A DNA stretch of 55,553 bases, filler included, from Dimargaris cristalligena (GCA_003614675.1; 2 parts of 2 records of this genome joined end to end with filler, not necessarily neighbours in it); one strand, 5' to 3'; numbered from the whole stretch's first letter, positions 24,393 to 38,628 are shown. Made by a program: numbers and translations. The notes: generated from the sequence alone by a model not told the origin.

Positions 24393-27300
24393 TTAAAGCG
24401 TAGTATCGAATAGGGCTACTGCCGACTCGACCTGCGTAATTAACTGGGTAAAGCTGTTCTTATAATGCTCCAGCTGGGTCAGCTGAACGGTAAGGTGTTG
24501 ATTTTGGCTGGTTGAATCCAGTAAAGCCGGCATATTGGCCAGTAAGTTGGGATCGGCTGACTGATACATGGTCCAGTTATTCATCGCTTCAACTAAGGTC
24601 TTGTTCTCGATGTCCTGCACGGACCCTGGCGTTCCTTGGCTACCCCGGAGAGTAGGTGTAGCCCCCGAACCCGAACCCAGTGGCCGACTAATCGGATTGG
24701 CAATTTGGGTCGCCATATCCAACCGAAGTTGCTGCATTGGTGGAAGGACCGCCTCCTGCTGCGCGGATTGTTGAAGCACGTTAAAAATCAGTACCGCCAT
24801 GGCATCGAAACCGTGTGCCGCGTCGAGCATATTTTCGAGTTGGTGCCGGAGTTTCTCCACCAGGACATCCATCGATATTTCATCCACCAGATCTTCAATA
24901 TGGGCATCCTCGATATCCGAAGGGCCGCCTTCGATATCACAACCACCCCCACCACCACCACCGCCATGGCCGCGGTGATGATGTCGGCATTTACGCCTCT
25001 TGGAGTGTCGGGATCTACAGTGTACACAAGACCCTGCGTAGGCTGATAAGGCCGAGGGGGAAGTTGAAGAGCCAGGTGGATTAGTGTTAGGTTTGCCCTG
25101 ACTTGAAGGAGGAGGTGGTGGTGGTGGTGGGGATGGTGTTGGTGGTGGTGGTGGCGGGGGTGGTTCAGTTTGAGACAGATACTGCGCTGCCTCTGACTTA
25201 GCGGACAAGTCGGCCGGTCCGGGTATCTGGGACTTCACGCCCGCTTTGGAATGATATCGGGCGAAGACCCGTTTACTCCAGGCCGGGGTCTGCCCCAACC
25301 TCCAGAGCGACCGGTGCCGCCACCAGCTGCGGGTCAGCCACCCCGGACTCGGCGGGGTCTCCTCCCCGGGGCGACGGGTCACCGGGGCCATCCGGGTCGC
25401 CCAGGCAGAGGGTTTCATCGACCGCCAGGGAGGAGTATGCGCACTGGGCCACCACTCGGCCCACTGTTCCAAATAATACATGCGCAACCGCTGCCGCAGT
25501 TCCGTGCGTTTCAAATGGCCGCGTAAAATACGTTGCCAAATACTGGTGGCCGCGGAAATGAAATACGTCATCGTGGAGAGTCCGAAAAACACGTAAAAAA
25601 TAAAACAAATTTGGGCCCGCTGGGTTTGCGGGGCGTAATCACCGTAACCGATGGTCGTAAAAGCCACGAAACAGAAATAAAACCCGTTGAAATAGTCTAG
25701 TTCGAGTAAACTGGCGAAAATGACCGCACCCACACACCAAAAGACGACCCAAATGAAAAAAGCGAATAGAAATTGGTTGATAATATGCAGACTCCGTTGG
25801 AGTTCAATTTCCCGCAGTTGTTCCCGGAAACTAGGGTGGAGCGAACGGAGTTTGATGAAGCGAGACCGATTCGGAGTATCCGGGTCCCGCTCCCCATGGG
25901 AATGGGCAGGCGGGTTGGGCCGGTGATCGCCCTCGTTGGCCTGATACTTGGCCCGCTGGTCGGCCCGACTAGCCGCTGCGGAACTTTTACTGTCCCACCG
26001 CGCCTGGGCCTCGGTATCCGCCCGGTACTCGGGTCCTTCGGCCACTACCTCTAAATGGGGCGCCAGGCGGGCTGACCACCGCGAAAGCGGCCGACGCATG
26101 ATGAGGTGGGTGGAATGGTGGTGGGGGAGGTCCGCCCCCACCGTACCCTGGGCTTCCGTCGTGGCCTGGTCCCGGGCTGGATTTAACTCACTTGACCTTT
26201 CCACCGTCCCGTACGCGTAGATGAGATTCCCTTCCAACAGAGTATGGCGGAGATGTTCGCGCATCCGGGCGCGATACTCGTGACTTTGGCGGTAAATATG
26301 TTGGACTTTCACGTTCAGTTGGGCTTCGAGGTGTTCAATCACCACGGTGTGGATAGCGTTGATATAAAACCCGAAGAGTAAGGTACCCACTAAGGCATAG
26401 GGGAATAACAGGGCCCGGGTCAAGTCCGTGGTGGGGGTCAAGTACCCAAACCCAATGGACGTGGCCGTAATGAGCGCGAAGTAAACCCCCGTAATAACAT
26501 TCCAGTCCAGGATCAACGAATACAGCAGACCCCAGGCGATAATCCAGGCGTAAAATGACAGAATGACAATGAATAATACCCGTTGTTTGTCGGTTAACCC
26601 ACTACCCCGGAGATGGAACTGCGGGGTGGCGTACCAGTCGTACATGAGCATCACCGAGGTTAGGACCGAAAACCCGGCCGAAATAAATGCGCAGTAGATC
26701 TGGGGAGTGTATGATATGCCGTCCTTCTCGAGGTGCTTGTGGGAGACTTGGGCGCCACTAATGAACTGGCAGACGGCTGGTTAGGATCGACAGGGTATAG
26801 CGGACGATGCACAAACATGCCAAACATATATGGAGGATATGGGTATTAGTGGATCAATTGGGGAAACGGGTGACCATTACATATCAATATGGCACCAACA
26901 GAATGGGGGGCTAGGTAAGTGCGACAAAATTAATAATGAATTCCCCGAACCAAATAATTATTGTGAAATAGCCTACCGTTCGCGAGACTGAACACCAAGC
27001 AGACCACCGTGGAAAACACAATGCGGTAATCCAGACAACGCAGAAGAAAAGCGCCCACGGCCAGGAAAGTGAGAATCAAAGCAGCTACCGAAACCCAATT
27101 GACGGGATCAGGGATGCGATCTATGGGGGTAGTAGGATGGATGGGGCCGTCGACCCACGTACCCGTCAGGGTAACGATATCCAATAGTAATGAACACGGC
27201 AACAGAACCCCGACGAGAATCGGGATGCGACGCAATTGGTGTAGGCGTTTCTTGGCATCCGGCGTATCCTCGACCAGCGATGGTAAGGGCGGAGGGGGGG

Positions 27301-27949
27301 GGTGCATAGGCGTGGATGTGGATGTGGACATGGACGGTGGCGGAACGGCTGCGTGATTTTCGAAGAGGTTATATTTCGAATGGGTACGTTCGTCAGGGGG
27401 TAGAATTTTCAGTTCCCGTCGGGCGAGCCAGCGGGCCGGCCGGGGGGTACTGCGGGACCGGTCCTGGGGGCGCATCACCCGCGGTACCGAAGTGGGGGGT
27501 GGTTGTTCGAAGTCCGGGGTGGCCAGAAAGCGGACCATTGATCGGTTGTACTGGGCCACGTGGTGGGCGGGGTGGGGTGGGGTGGAGGACGACTGTTCCC
27601 ATTTGGGGTCGTATTGGGCAAAGGCCTCCATGACAGCGGGGTCCCCTTTAATGACGGGCTGGCCGTCGTCCAAAGTGACCATGACTGTGGGTCTTTGTGT
27701 GCCTGTCTGTATGTGTGTGTGTGAGAGAGAGTGTGTGTGTGTGGNNNNNNNNNNNNNNNNNNNNNNNNNNNNNNNNNNNNNNNNNNNNTTAATTAATTAA
27801 NNNNNNNNNNNNNNNNNNNNNNNNNNNNNNNNNNNNNNNNNNNNCGTATGGTGAACCAGGCTTGCGCGGGAGTGGCCCTCCGCAGGCTGGTGGGCTGAGC
27901 GGGTGGATAACAGCAAAGCGGGTGGTGGGGCCGAGGGACGGTCGACCAT
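24393..27949 (-). CDS. TOK1: TOK-type tandem-pore outward-rectifier K+ channel (8 TM, 2 pore loops); 5' end crosses an assembly gap
   Basis: Exons ~27949(across gap)-26977 and 26776-24393; four extra N-terminal hydrophobic segments, pore 1 TATSIGFGY, pore 2 FTTIGYGD. Start codon uncertain (27949 or 27682). Confidence 0.85.
27745..27844. other. Assembly gap linker N44-TTAATTAATTAA-N44, next to a (GT)/(GA) microsatellite
   Basis: Exactly 100 nt with a six-frame stop cassette in the middle. Confidence 0.95.
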
Positions 27950-29067
27950 GGCGCGCGAAGGACTGAGCAGGTCAATTAACAGACGGTAGTAATAATAAAT
28001 GAAACTGAAGAAAAGGAGCGAAGAAAAGCGCGAAGCTAACAAGTATAGAACGGAAGGGGGTGAAGGGGGCTGATTGTCATGATTTCGACGCATGAGTCCG
28101 AATATGCTGCTACTATATATATATATAGTATTTTTAGCAAGGGCGTGGTGACACTAAAATAACAACAGGCCTCAGCGCATGCGGGAGCTTGTGTGGTAGA
28201 GGGGAATTTGCTTACCCCGCCCGTATTGGTTGGTGGAGGGGGGAGAGGTAGAGAGGGGATAATAGGCACAGCTGCGGTAAAGGAATGGAGTCGAAGCTCT
28301 TAACTTGATCGTGTTCAATCGAAATATGCTGGCTAGTTTGAGTATTCAAATCAATTTAAGCCAGCCTCGACGCTCGTTCAGGAAGCGGGGGGGGGTGACG
28401 ACAGTAAGTAGTAATACGAGAAAGGAGTATGTATATATACTTCAGAGGGGACGGATCATCGTAGAGCTTAAGGATCGAAGGAATAGATAGATCGGGCGGG
28501 ATAATGATGTCGGAAATATACCAGGGAGCAGACTTACTCGTTCAAACAGCGATAATCAACCGGTAGGTATCGAATCCGAGGGATGGTTCGATGGGCTCGT
28601 ATATATAGAGAAAAAGTTTGTTACGCCGAGATGGCTCAATGCTACGATAAGCCTACCATCAGCTGTGCGGAAGAGCTCGCCTGGTCCTTTTTTCCCTCGA
28701 CTGCTTTGCCATAGTGTACAACATGCATGTTTATTGACCATTTGATACATTCAAACCAAACATATTAAAGAACGCCACCGGCTTTATCACTACAGTGGGT
28801 TACGTCGCCTACATTAATTACGAGCCACTTGATATCAAACCAAAATTATTCACAAGGTAAGGTGTATTGCCGGTCTGGTCGAATAAATTAGGGTATGGAT
28901 ATCGTTTTAAAGATAGACAGGATAGAGGGATCGGGATCAAAAAGAACCGGTGGTGTCGTTTATATTATAATAAATGATATTGATTTTTTTTTAAAAAAAT
29001 GCCTCAAACATAAAATTGCACTATTCCCCTCATCCTCCTCAGCTCTCAAAAGACCGAGTCACATTTA

Positions 29068-31373
29068 TTAATGACGTCGACCCGAGGAACGGTGCGATGA
29101 ATGCTGGGGGGATTTGGACCGACTCCGCGAGTTGGATCGGCGTCGACTCGGACGGTCCCTCGATGAAGCAGGCCGAAGGGAATGGCTGCTACTTCCCGAA
29201 TCATAGCGGGTTCGCTCACTGCGATGTTCGTCCTCACCACCGTATCGTCGTTCATTGTGTTTGCTACTGTCGTGACGCCGACTGCGGTCGGTTCCATGTC
29301 GACTAGGGTGCTGTTCGCTATCCGGGGTATCTGAGCGGCCGGGTCGTCGGGATCGGGGGCGACCTTGGGCCGAACCCGTCGGAGTATCCCGGTCGGAATC
29401 GGCATTGGGCGGCTGGGTAGGGGTTTCGGCTCGTCGGGCGGGGAGCGGTTTGACACTCTGGGATTGGGAGTGCGCCGGTGGAGGGCGAGGCGGGGGTATA
29501 TTCCTGGGTCCCCCTGGACCTCCGCCACCACTTCCCTGTTGTGATCCTGGGCCACCAGCAGGCGGTGCCCAATGGCCCGGGGGTCGGAATGGGGGATGGT
29601 TCGGACCCCCTCCTCCACCAGGAGTATCTCTCGGACCGGCGGACGAGGAGTCCAAGTCAGTATTATTCGGTCCGCGTCCATGGGCCGGCGGGTGGGCATG
29701 CTGGCGGTTAGCCATATGTGGGGAATGTGCCTTGCTAGTATTGGGGTTGTTACCCATGCCGGGTCCGCCGACCCGGGGTCTAGGCATCCCCCCCGCTACA
29801 CCGACACCGGGACCGGATCCCCCCATGGGTGGGGGCGGCCGATTGAAGTTGCTCTGCATGTTGGGGTGCCGGAAATTAGGGTTCATGGCGGCCATGTTCG
29901 GGTGACCCTGGTAGAATGGCATGGGTGGGCGGCCGGGCATGTTCATATTGGGTGGGAAGTTGCCCATCCCGTAGGGCTGCATCGGGTTTTGGAAATTACC
30001 CATGGGGGGTCGCATGCCATAAGGATGGTTCGGGCCGCCCATGCCGAAATTATAGGGTGGGCGACCGTGGACGTTGGGTGGAGGACCGTCAAACGCATCC
30101 GGGTCGTTGTCGTCATCATCATCCGGGGGAATTTGGTCGCTGTAATCATCGTTATCGTCGGAATGGTGGCCCCGCTTACTAGTGGTGCGATCACCCCGGT
30201 CACCCCCGTTGTCCCCGTCGAAATTGGGGTCGTCGTCACTCGGCGGTCGATCCAGGTTGAGATGCGGGTTCATCATACCCATTGGCCGGGGGTGCATACC
30301 TCCCATACCGGGCATAAACTGCGGCATCATACCGCCCATAGGTGGCATTTGCATCCCGGGCATCATGGGGTTCATACCCATAGGTGGGCCCCGGAAATCA
30401 CCCATGTTCATACCCATATCATCATTGGCGTTGTACACGCTAATTTTCTTCTTTTGTTGGAAATCCTCCCGGATTTGCTTTTGGCGCTGACAGTATATCT
30501 TCCAGGTGGTGTCGTTCAGACCGTAATTGAAATAGTCAGTGATATCGGCACCAGGCCTGTTCCAGGGCTTGTCATCAGCGCCATCAATGTCGTAGTCGTA
30601 GATATCCTGGCCGTTGAATTGGCCGACGGTGTCAAGAGAGAGACCACCCTTGCGAACGATTTCGGTGGACGATGCAGTTGCAGGGGCGATGACGGAATTG
30701 GAGGCCGGAGCGGTGGTGGTAGTGGCGGTGGATGCTTCGGCCTTGTTGCTTTCCGGGGCCGACGCCTCGTTAGGCGGATCCATAATCAGCTCCACATCCG
30801 AATCATAGCCATCGTTTAGGTAGCCTTCTTCCGCGTATTCGATGGTCGTGTCGCCTTCGGAGGGCGCCTTCTCAGTCATATCCACGGTCTGTTCGGGCAT
30901 CGGTGTCGTTGGCTTCGCCGAAACAGGTGGTTCCGGGGCTGGTGCAGAACTGGGTGCGGGTACATTGGGGGCATCAGTCGGTTGGGCCGATATAGCTGTG
31001 GCTGAATAGGAGTATCGTTGCGGAGTTGATTATTTGGGGAGGGAGGGGAAGGGGACATGCATTCAGAATAGTAAAAATAATTTTCAGTTAGTCAGCAAAA
31101 CCATCGAGGGGGGCATGTCTTGATTATTAATGCGGCCAAGACCGACTTAGGCTTGCCCTGTTACCGACAAAACCAGTAGAATCATGACACAAATTAGATC
31201 ATGGCTAATCCCAGCTGGATTATACACCAGATGGTAGGGTGGGTAGACAAGTGGGCCGAGAAGCATGGTAAAGGTAACCGACCTGGTTTCGACGGTGGTG
31301 GAGCGGTAGTGTTGGTCTCATCGGCGCCTAGGAAGCCGGAGCCATAGAGGAATTCGTCGTCGCTATCTTCCAT
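29068..31373 (-). CDS. FIP1: Pre-mRNA 3'-end processing factor Fip1
   Basis: Exons 31373-31283 (MEDSDDEFLYG) and 30995-29068; Fip1 motif DKPWNRPGADITDYFNYGLNDTTWKIYC; Pro/Gly/Met-rich middle and RS/RD-rich tail. Confidence 0.93.
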
Positions 31374-32342
31374 GGTGCAAAGACTATCCAATTAGTTGAA
31401 AACGAGGGCGGTGGGTAGTAAATGGGCTCAACCAAGTGATAATAAGGCAAATTTAAGTTGAGTTGTAGAGAAATAAGGGAAAAGGGAGTGGTGATAAGCA
31501 ATAGCCGACGCGTCAATGTAGTTGAAGAACAGTGGGCAAAGTGAAGCAGGTGGAAGTTGTTGGACTATTCTTTATGAACTATTTCGATTCCTAAAAAACG
31601 GAGGTGGGAGCCAGCGAGCTGGTGAGACACTCACTCACTAACTGCCGTTGTTAGAATAGTGGGATAGTTTTCGATTGAATTTTTAAGTAAATATCCCATG
31701 GGTCGACGGACCTAACAGAAGGGTCGCCAAGTAGGTGGAAAATTAGACAGCTTGTGTACGCATCGGGTGTCTAAAAATACCCGAAAAATAACCAGATATA
31801 GAGTAGTTTTATTAAGCCATAGTCGGCGAAGCTAAAAGCTGCATAGGAAGCCGTGGTACGGATCGATGCTTCATATCGAACAGCCAAGGCTCGTTAGGAC
31901 AGTTGGTGCCGTCGATCAGCCCGTCTCATTGCCTCTAATATCAACTCATCTCGGGGGTTTAAAAGGCGTCTAACTAATGATAGATAGATAAAGCCGTCAA
32001 TACTTATCCTGATAAGTCGGATCATGTGCTCTAACAATGCCCAAGGGGTTGTTAGGGTTAGAGTTTCACTTTCTTCCCAAACCTGTCCGCAGTAGTGCTT
32101 AAGTGGTTTTGGGGCTCTCAGTTCTTCAAGTCTTGCATTCCTTGTAAGTGTTCATGGGCATTTCTCGCCACGCTGGCTGTAAAATAGGTTTTCTTTTGCG
32201 ACCGGTTTAGTTAGTTTCTTCGGCCAATTTGCTTTAAACTTTAAGCTTTATTCGTTGCGCGTAACTTATTTTTTTATTTCGCTTGCCTTTTCGAACGACT
32301 ACCCAATCGCCTAATTGTCTTCCCGCCCCATTCCCTCAACAC

Positions 32343-35300
32343 ATGGGTGTCCAAGGCCTTTGGCCCTTACTCGAGCCAGCCGCTCGGCCGACTAAATTAG
32401 AATCCCTGCGTGGTCGCAGGCTAGCCATCGACGCCAGTATCTGGCTCCACCAGTTCATTAAGGCCATCAAGGACAAGGAAGGCAATGCCCTGCCGAACAG
32501 TCATATACTGGGTTTTCTTCGCCGGATATGCAAGTTGTTATACTATGGCATCAAACCCGTCTTTGTATTCGATGGTCAAACTCCGGAAATTAAGCGGAAA
32601 ACAATTGTAAGTGTGCCCCGTGCGGGATAGTGCTCAAATCAATGCCACCATCAAGCCGACCCCCTCCTCCCTTTACATGGGTCGGGGCTATATTCCCTCT
32701 CACACGCTCACACCCCAGTGTTTCGGTTTTCCCCATGATCTATATAATACATGGCTGAATCGTAATTAAAACAGGCGGGTCGTCAGCAACGGCGTGAAAA
32801 ACTAAAAGACGGTTCCCGTCGGGCAGCTGAAAAAATCCTCAGCGCCCAGTTGAAGCTTCGCGCTCTTCAGGCCACCCAATCCCCACCTAAATCAACCGAC
32901 CATGGTGCTTCGACTGTGACGCTCTTGGGCCGAGGGTCCCCAGGGTCTAAGCGTAAGCGGGACCCTTACGACCTGAGTCTGGGTGAATCCTCCACATCTA
33001 TTGCGTCGTCAAGTACTGCACAACTCTCCAGCCGAGAGGATCCTCGACTGGCCCTCAAGGGCGAACTAGAGGTATTTGTGGAAGAAAACCAGGACGCCGT
33101 TGTCGACATGGATTCCGAAGTCTTCAAAGCCCTCCCCCTCGAAATCCAGCACGAAATCGTCCTCGACCTTAAAAATCGAAGTCGCCAAACCTCCTGGGAT
33201 CGATTCGAAGAAATGGTACGTTTAGCACCCACCGCGTTCGAATTCTCCCAGCTACAGATCAAAAATTTGGTGAAACGGAATGACTTGATGCAGAAATATC
33301 TGACGGTTAGTGGGATGGATCACCGGGTGGCGTCGTTGAAACCGGGGCGAGTGGCAGGCGAACGGAGTAGGGAGTACGTTTTGGTTCGGAACGACGAGGC
33401 CCAAGGGGGCTGGACTATGGGGGCCGCCCGATCCGCCGATAAAGTAAACAGCGCTTCCTCGGACAGGAGACGGGAGCCCGAAGTGGTTACGGTTTCGGAT
33501 TGTTCTACAGAGGAGGAGGAAGACGAGTTTGAGGAGGTCCATATTCCCGAAGTGTAAGTAGTTTTAACCCACTCTATATAGTTATGTGCATATGGATACA
33601 TTTATATATATACTACTATCCAAGGCTGCGTGGTTTGCAATTATTTAAACGGGCTACTCATCCGACTTTATTACCCACCCCGCTTCTAATACATTCGCTA
33701 TGCGTCACCGAATACACCCATAACCGACCACGCCTTCAAGGGCCAGTTTTCGGCTAGCATCCCCCAAATCCCTACATACCACTAACTCAATAGGTCCCGT
33801 TGATTCGATCCTTATTCGGGATGATGGCGACTTTCCCTTAGAATTAATACCCGAATCCCTTAGTGAGAACGAGCGAACCGATCGCCTAATTATTTCAGAG
33901 ATCGAGGATTGGTACCAGTCCCCGGCTCGGAAAAGAACTCCTATCAAAGATGATGATCAAGAAACTCGAACTGTCCGACTAGCTAGCCCACTAGGGCCGT
34001 TAACTCCGGATGCCCCGGGCCTGCCCAACACCCCCTCTTTTTCTCATAATGCCTTTATGAAGCAGAGCGAAGCACCGGTCCGCAGTCAACCTGTCCAAAC
34101 TGGCGATATTATTGAGGAGGAAAAATCATCTGAGATTCTACTAACCACCGTAGATAGTGAACCTACCCCCGACCCAGACTCCAGCCCCGATCTGGACGAC
34201 CCTGTGGCTATATTGAATACTATCATCAATCGAAACAAAGGTGCCGTGGATACTACACCGCCAGGTCCATCGCCGCCTGAGCCAGTCGAAAGCACCTGGG
34301 CGGCTATTTTCCGAACCTCTATTTTAAAGCCGATCGACTTTGAGAAGTCCCCTAGTACAACGGCCCAAGACGAGCTGAGTCCAGTGGCTGATTCAGACAC
34401 GACCGTAGCAAAGCCCACCGAGGCCGGTCCTGTGATGGACCCAACCCCCGATCAGAGTACACCGCCGAAAGAGCATGTCCCTGAGATTTCGGCGAGTCCA
34501 CTTTTACCACCGGCCCGGCCCGTATTTAAACCTAGCGGCCCGCCTCAGACAACAGCCGTTGAACCGACTACCGAGTCGGACGAAAAGCGCCAAGAACGCA
34601 AAGCATTCCTTACCAGTCTGGAACATAATTCGCCCGCTCAAGTGCGCCAGCACCTGCACTCGGAAATTACCCAGTTCCGCCAGCGGCAAACCCGCGAAGA
34701 ACGCTACGCGAGCGAGGTCAACGCGGAAATGGTTTCGGACATACAGCTCCTCCTTCGCCTCTTTGGTATTCCGTTTACCACGGCCCCTACCGAAGCCGAG
34801 GCGGAATGCGCCCAGCTGAGCCAACAAGGACTGATCGACGGTATCGTCACCGACGACAGCGACGTGTTCTTGTTCGGAGGCACCCAGGTGTTCCGGCATA
34901 TGTTTAATCAAGCCAAATCTGTGGAATATTACCTGTTGGCCGATTTGGGCCAGGAAATGGCCATTGACCGCACAATTTTGATTCAGTTGGCCTACTTGTT
35001 GGGGAGTGATTATACGGACGGTATTCCTGGGGTGGGCCTGGTGAACGCCCTCGAGATTTTAAATGAATTCCGCGGCCCCGCCGCTTTGGCCGACTTTAAA
35101 ACGTGGTGGCTCAATGCCACCAATCCTCTCCTACCCTCCGAATCCCATCGCCCTCCGACCGCTGGTCTCGAGCGGCTCCGGAAGCTGGCCCCGAAAATCC
35201 ATTTGCCCGACACTTTCCCGGATCCCCAGGTTCGGGACGCCTACGGCCACCCAATTGTGAGTCAGGACGCCACTGCGTTTCAGTGGGGCTTCCCCGACTT

Positions 35301-35904
35301 GGATGCCCTGCGTGATTATCTAGGGCCCCGGTTGCGCTGGCCGCAATCGAAAGTGGACCAGGTTTTATTACCCGTATTACGTCGTTGTTTCCGGGAGGAC
35401 AGTGATGGGCCAGTCGGAGCGGCGCCTCGTGCGGTCACCGTGACTTCGGCGGACCGCTCGCTCTTGTCATTTTTTACACCCCTGCCGGCATCGTCGGTTA
35501 GCAGAGGTAGCCAAGGTCAACTGGGAGGCTTATCAACGACAGGGCATAAGAGTGAAAGGGTTCGGTGCATTATTGCCCAGTGGAAAGCGGCGGCTACTAA
35601 ACCGCCCACCTTGACATCGACTACAGCTTCTGAGGCGGTTCAGGAACCTTCCAATACTGCGTCCTTATCCCCGAAGGCCAACCAAAACGTACCTGTCCCG
35701 GACAAACCCACTACAGAGGCACTGATGTATGCCAGTGACTACTCCACACCTTCGGATTCGGGGGATGAGAGGGGCGCTAAAGTACCTTTACCCCGGGTAG
35801 CCCCAAAGCGCAGTCAGGGCAAGACCAGGGGCACTCGTCGTACTGCGACACCCAAGACCACCGCCGCCACCACCAAACAACCCTCCCGCCGACCAAAAAA
35901 GTAA
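32343..35904 (+). CDS. RAD2: XPG/Rad2 structure-specific DNA repair endonuclease
   Basis: Exons 32343-32606, 32775-33553, ~33747-35904 (third acceptor uncertain); XPG-N MGVQGLW...AIDASIWL...PVFVFDG, spacer FKALPLEIQHEI, XPG-I APTEAEAECA...TDDSDVFLFG...LLGSDYTDGIPGVG. Confidence 0.94.
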
Positions 35905-37782
35905 AAGGCACCCAGTTGATTATTTTGTATCATATGGACTTGCGGTTTAATACTGACCCGTTATTCATCTCATTGTTTATCTAATATCGTTTATGGGCAA
36001 TTATTTGGGAGTCAAGCTGAATTGGGAATGTGCACATACAAAAATACACCATAATGTTGAACCCCTAGCTTAAAGGCTCTACTTTGGGAAGTGGATGGCC
36101 CTGTTCTCCAATTGCCATTCTGTATTTTGGTTGGATATGGGAATCAGTGGCCGTATTATCACGATGTTTCATTGTAATTAGTTTCGTTTTTCGAGTCGTT
36201 GTGGTTTATCCTAACCATATACGTTGGGGATGGGGAAACCATTTTAGAAATATGAGGAGGAGTCAGGCGGTTATGATCGCCCTCCAAACTATTAAACATC
36301 CGTGGGGCCAGCTCGGACCAGATAACCCAGAATTGCTAAACCAAGGGTGCTGAACTGGCGGATCCTATATTTTCAGACATCGCACCCCGCCTATATGGCG
36401 GCTGAGAGGTGGTTAGGGATAACAGGCGGTCCCACTTGGCCCAAATTGACGGAATTATTGGAGCACCGAGGTCGCTCTTTTGTGGTATTCGTAGGGGGGT
36501 GCCGCTGATACCTACTTCATAGACAACCATGAATCTATTTATGGCATGAGTTGGAGAGAGGTCATGTTTTTGAGTTGCGGTTACCAGATATAACTGTATT
36601 ATCCCTGATTTAAGTTTGGTTTAATTGGACGGGCTTGTAAACTTACTATGAATAGATACTCTCACAACCATATCCAGTACGAGAAGGGGGGGGGTGAATG
36701 TATGGCGCCCATTAATTCAAGTCCCCCCTTGACAGCCTTGGTCCTCGATTTGGATCACGTCTTCTGCTACAGAAAGCGAACTATGTTTAAGTTATACGCA
36801 ATGTTTACGAACTGATTAGTGACAGTTTAAATATTCTTCACGAGCAAATTATGCCATGGTTTTCAACATCGGATCGATTTCAGTGTCACTCTAAAAGAAG
36901 TAACAGTCTAATGCCTTATCGCTCGTTTATCGGCTTAATCGGCCGTCCACCGAGTGGTACCGCATGTGAAGGAACGGTTAGGTTAGGCAAATTGGGTGAA
37001 CAGGGTTACTTTTAGTGAGGGGTAGCACAGGCAGCTCGCCGATACCTAGCAAAGGCGTATTAGATAGCTACACTGGTGAATATGATACCTCCCCATTTAG
37101 GCAACCCCATATATGTCCCCTCATCTTTATATAGTCTTATACGAAGCCTCCCTCCTCCCCCACGCAGTCACGACCGCCGGGGTTTCCTGACGGACCCGCT
37201 TAGCCCAATACAGGCTTGCTAAAAGGGTACTTGGCCCATCCTTGTTCAACAGTGGCTTGGGTTGACATGTGCAGGCGGATTAATGTTGAATTAATTTAAT
37301 TGGAAATAGGGCCGCTAATAGGTTAGCGACTCACCCCGGCCGCTGTCTTTTATCACATAAACAGGGGGAGGAGGAGGGAAATGTCCATCAAGAAAAGGGG
37401 AGAAGGGAAGGGGTTTGGGATAATCTTGGTGGAAGCCATTGGTTGGAAACAGAGCTCATAAAGGGGATGGTTACCATTTGGGCGGGCCTGTTCCCAGATC
37501 CTTCCAGCCAACGTTGCTAGACTCGTGCCAGGGTTTGGGTTAGTAGTCTCCCATTTATAAGTGGAAGCGAAACAGCACCGGGCCTCTATTTAACCCTCCC
37601 GATAGCTCTTCTCTTGAACACCACAGCATGATGCACCCCCACTCACTTCTCCTAGTCCACTATTTATTTACTCCGCCGATAGTTTTTTTATTGAGGCTGA
37701 TCATTGTAGCATATTTGATTTCAACATTTCTCTTTTCTTTCTTTATCCATTTATCTATCTATTACAACCCCACACGGCTACT

Positions 37783-38628
37783 ATGGGGCGATTATACCGC
37801 TATTTTCGTATAGAACGGTTCGACCCCGAGTGGTTTGTCACATCAAACCTAGTTAGCCCCCGGGTGCTACTGATTATCCGTCTGCTGCTATTTATGTTCG
37901 CCTTGGGCACCTTAATAGCCATGTTCGTGGCCAACTCCTACCGGTTTTTTTACTACATGACGTGCTGGTCCTTCTTCGGCTTGACTATCTATTTTGGACT
38001 TGCTACGTACGTGTCGGCGCGGTATTGTAGCGGTCCGTTGCGGTATACGGAGCTAGCCAACCCCCTCTACCGGGCATCCAGCTTAACGCGGGCGGGGTAT
38101 TGGTTCCTCTACGAGTCCATGGTGACGTTCCATCTACTCGTTCCCATTATATACTGGTCGTTGCTTCGGGACACCTTCATTACTTCGGTACCCCTGTACA
38201 TTTACACGGGACTAGCGTCGCACGCGGCCGACTTGGCGGTGATAGCGGTAGAAGTTTTATTGAACCGCCAGCGTCTGCAGCTCAGTCACATTATCGTCCC
38301 TTTGTTGATCATGGCCCTTTACCTGGGCCTGGCCTATACCGTGTGGGGGGCCCGGGGCATCTTTGTCTACCCGTTTCTCAATTTCCAGCGGCTGCACGGC
38401 TGGGTGGCCGCCATCATGCTGGCGTTGGTGGTGTTCTGCTCAGTACTGTTTTTGTTCCAGTATGTGGTTCACTGGGGCCGGGATTACGTGTTCCGGCGAC
38501 GTCGCGCGACGCTCGTGGGGGATAAAAAAAAAGCTGCGCATCGGCCTCGTGCCGATGGTCCGCCACCTACTAAGAAGGGTATGCATGCGGACCTCGACTC
38601 CCCCGTCGAACCAAACCAAATTCCCTGA
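37783..38628 (+). CDS. Multi-pass membrane protein, FAR-17a/AIG1/rolling-stone-like, paralog 1
   Basis: Intronless 281 aa, about 6 hydrophobic segments, YMTCWSF, SHAADL, VYPFL motifs; strongly similar to the 40505 gene. Family name is by recalled motifs only. Confidence 0.8.
   Translation: MGRLYRYFRIERFDPEWFVTSNLVSPRVLLIIRLLLFMFALGTLIAMFVANSYRFFYYMTCWSFFGLTIYFGLATYVSARYCSGPLRYTELANPLYRASSLTRAGYWFLYESMVTFHLLVPIIYWSLLRDTFITSVPLYIYTGLASHAADLAVIAVEVLLNRQRLQLSHIIVPLLIMALYLGLAYTVWGARGIFVYPFLNFQRLHGWVAAIMLALVVFCSVLFLFQYVVHWGRDYVFRRRRATLVGDKKKAAHRPRADGPPPTKKGMHADLDSPVEPNQIP

Noticed and set aside
27789..27800. TTAATTAATTAA palindrome between N runs
   Set aside because: Artificial six-frame-stop scaffold linker, not biological.
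29572..30819. 415-aa ORF antisense to FIP1, and similar antisense ORFs over TOK1, RAD2, RPN13 and GGPPS
   Set aside because: Expected by-product of GC-rich, biased codon usage; no recognisable motifs.
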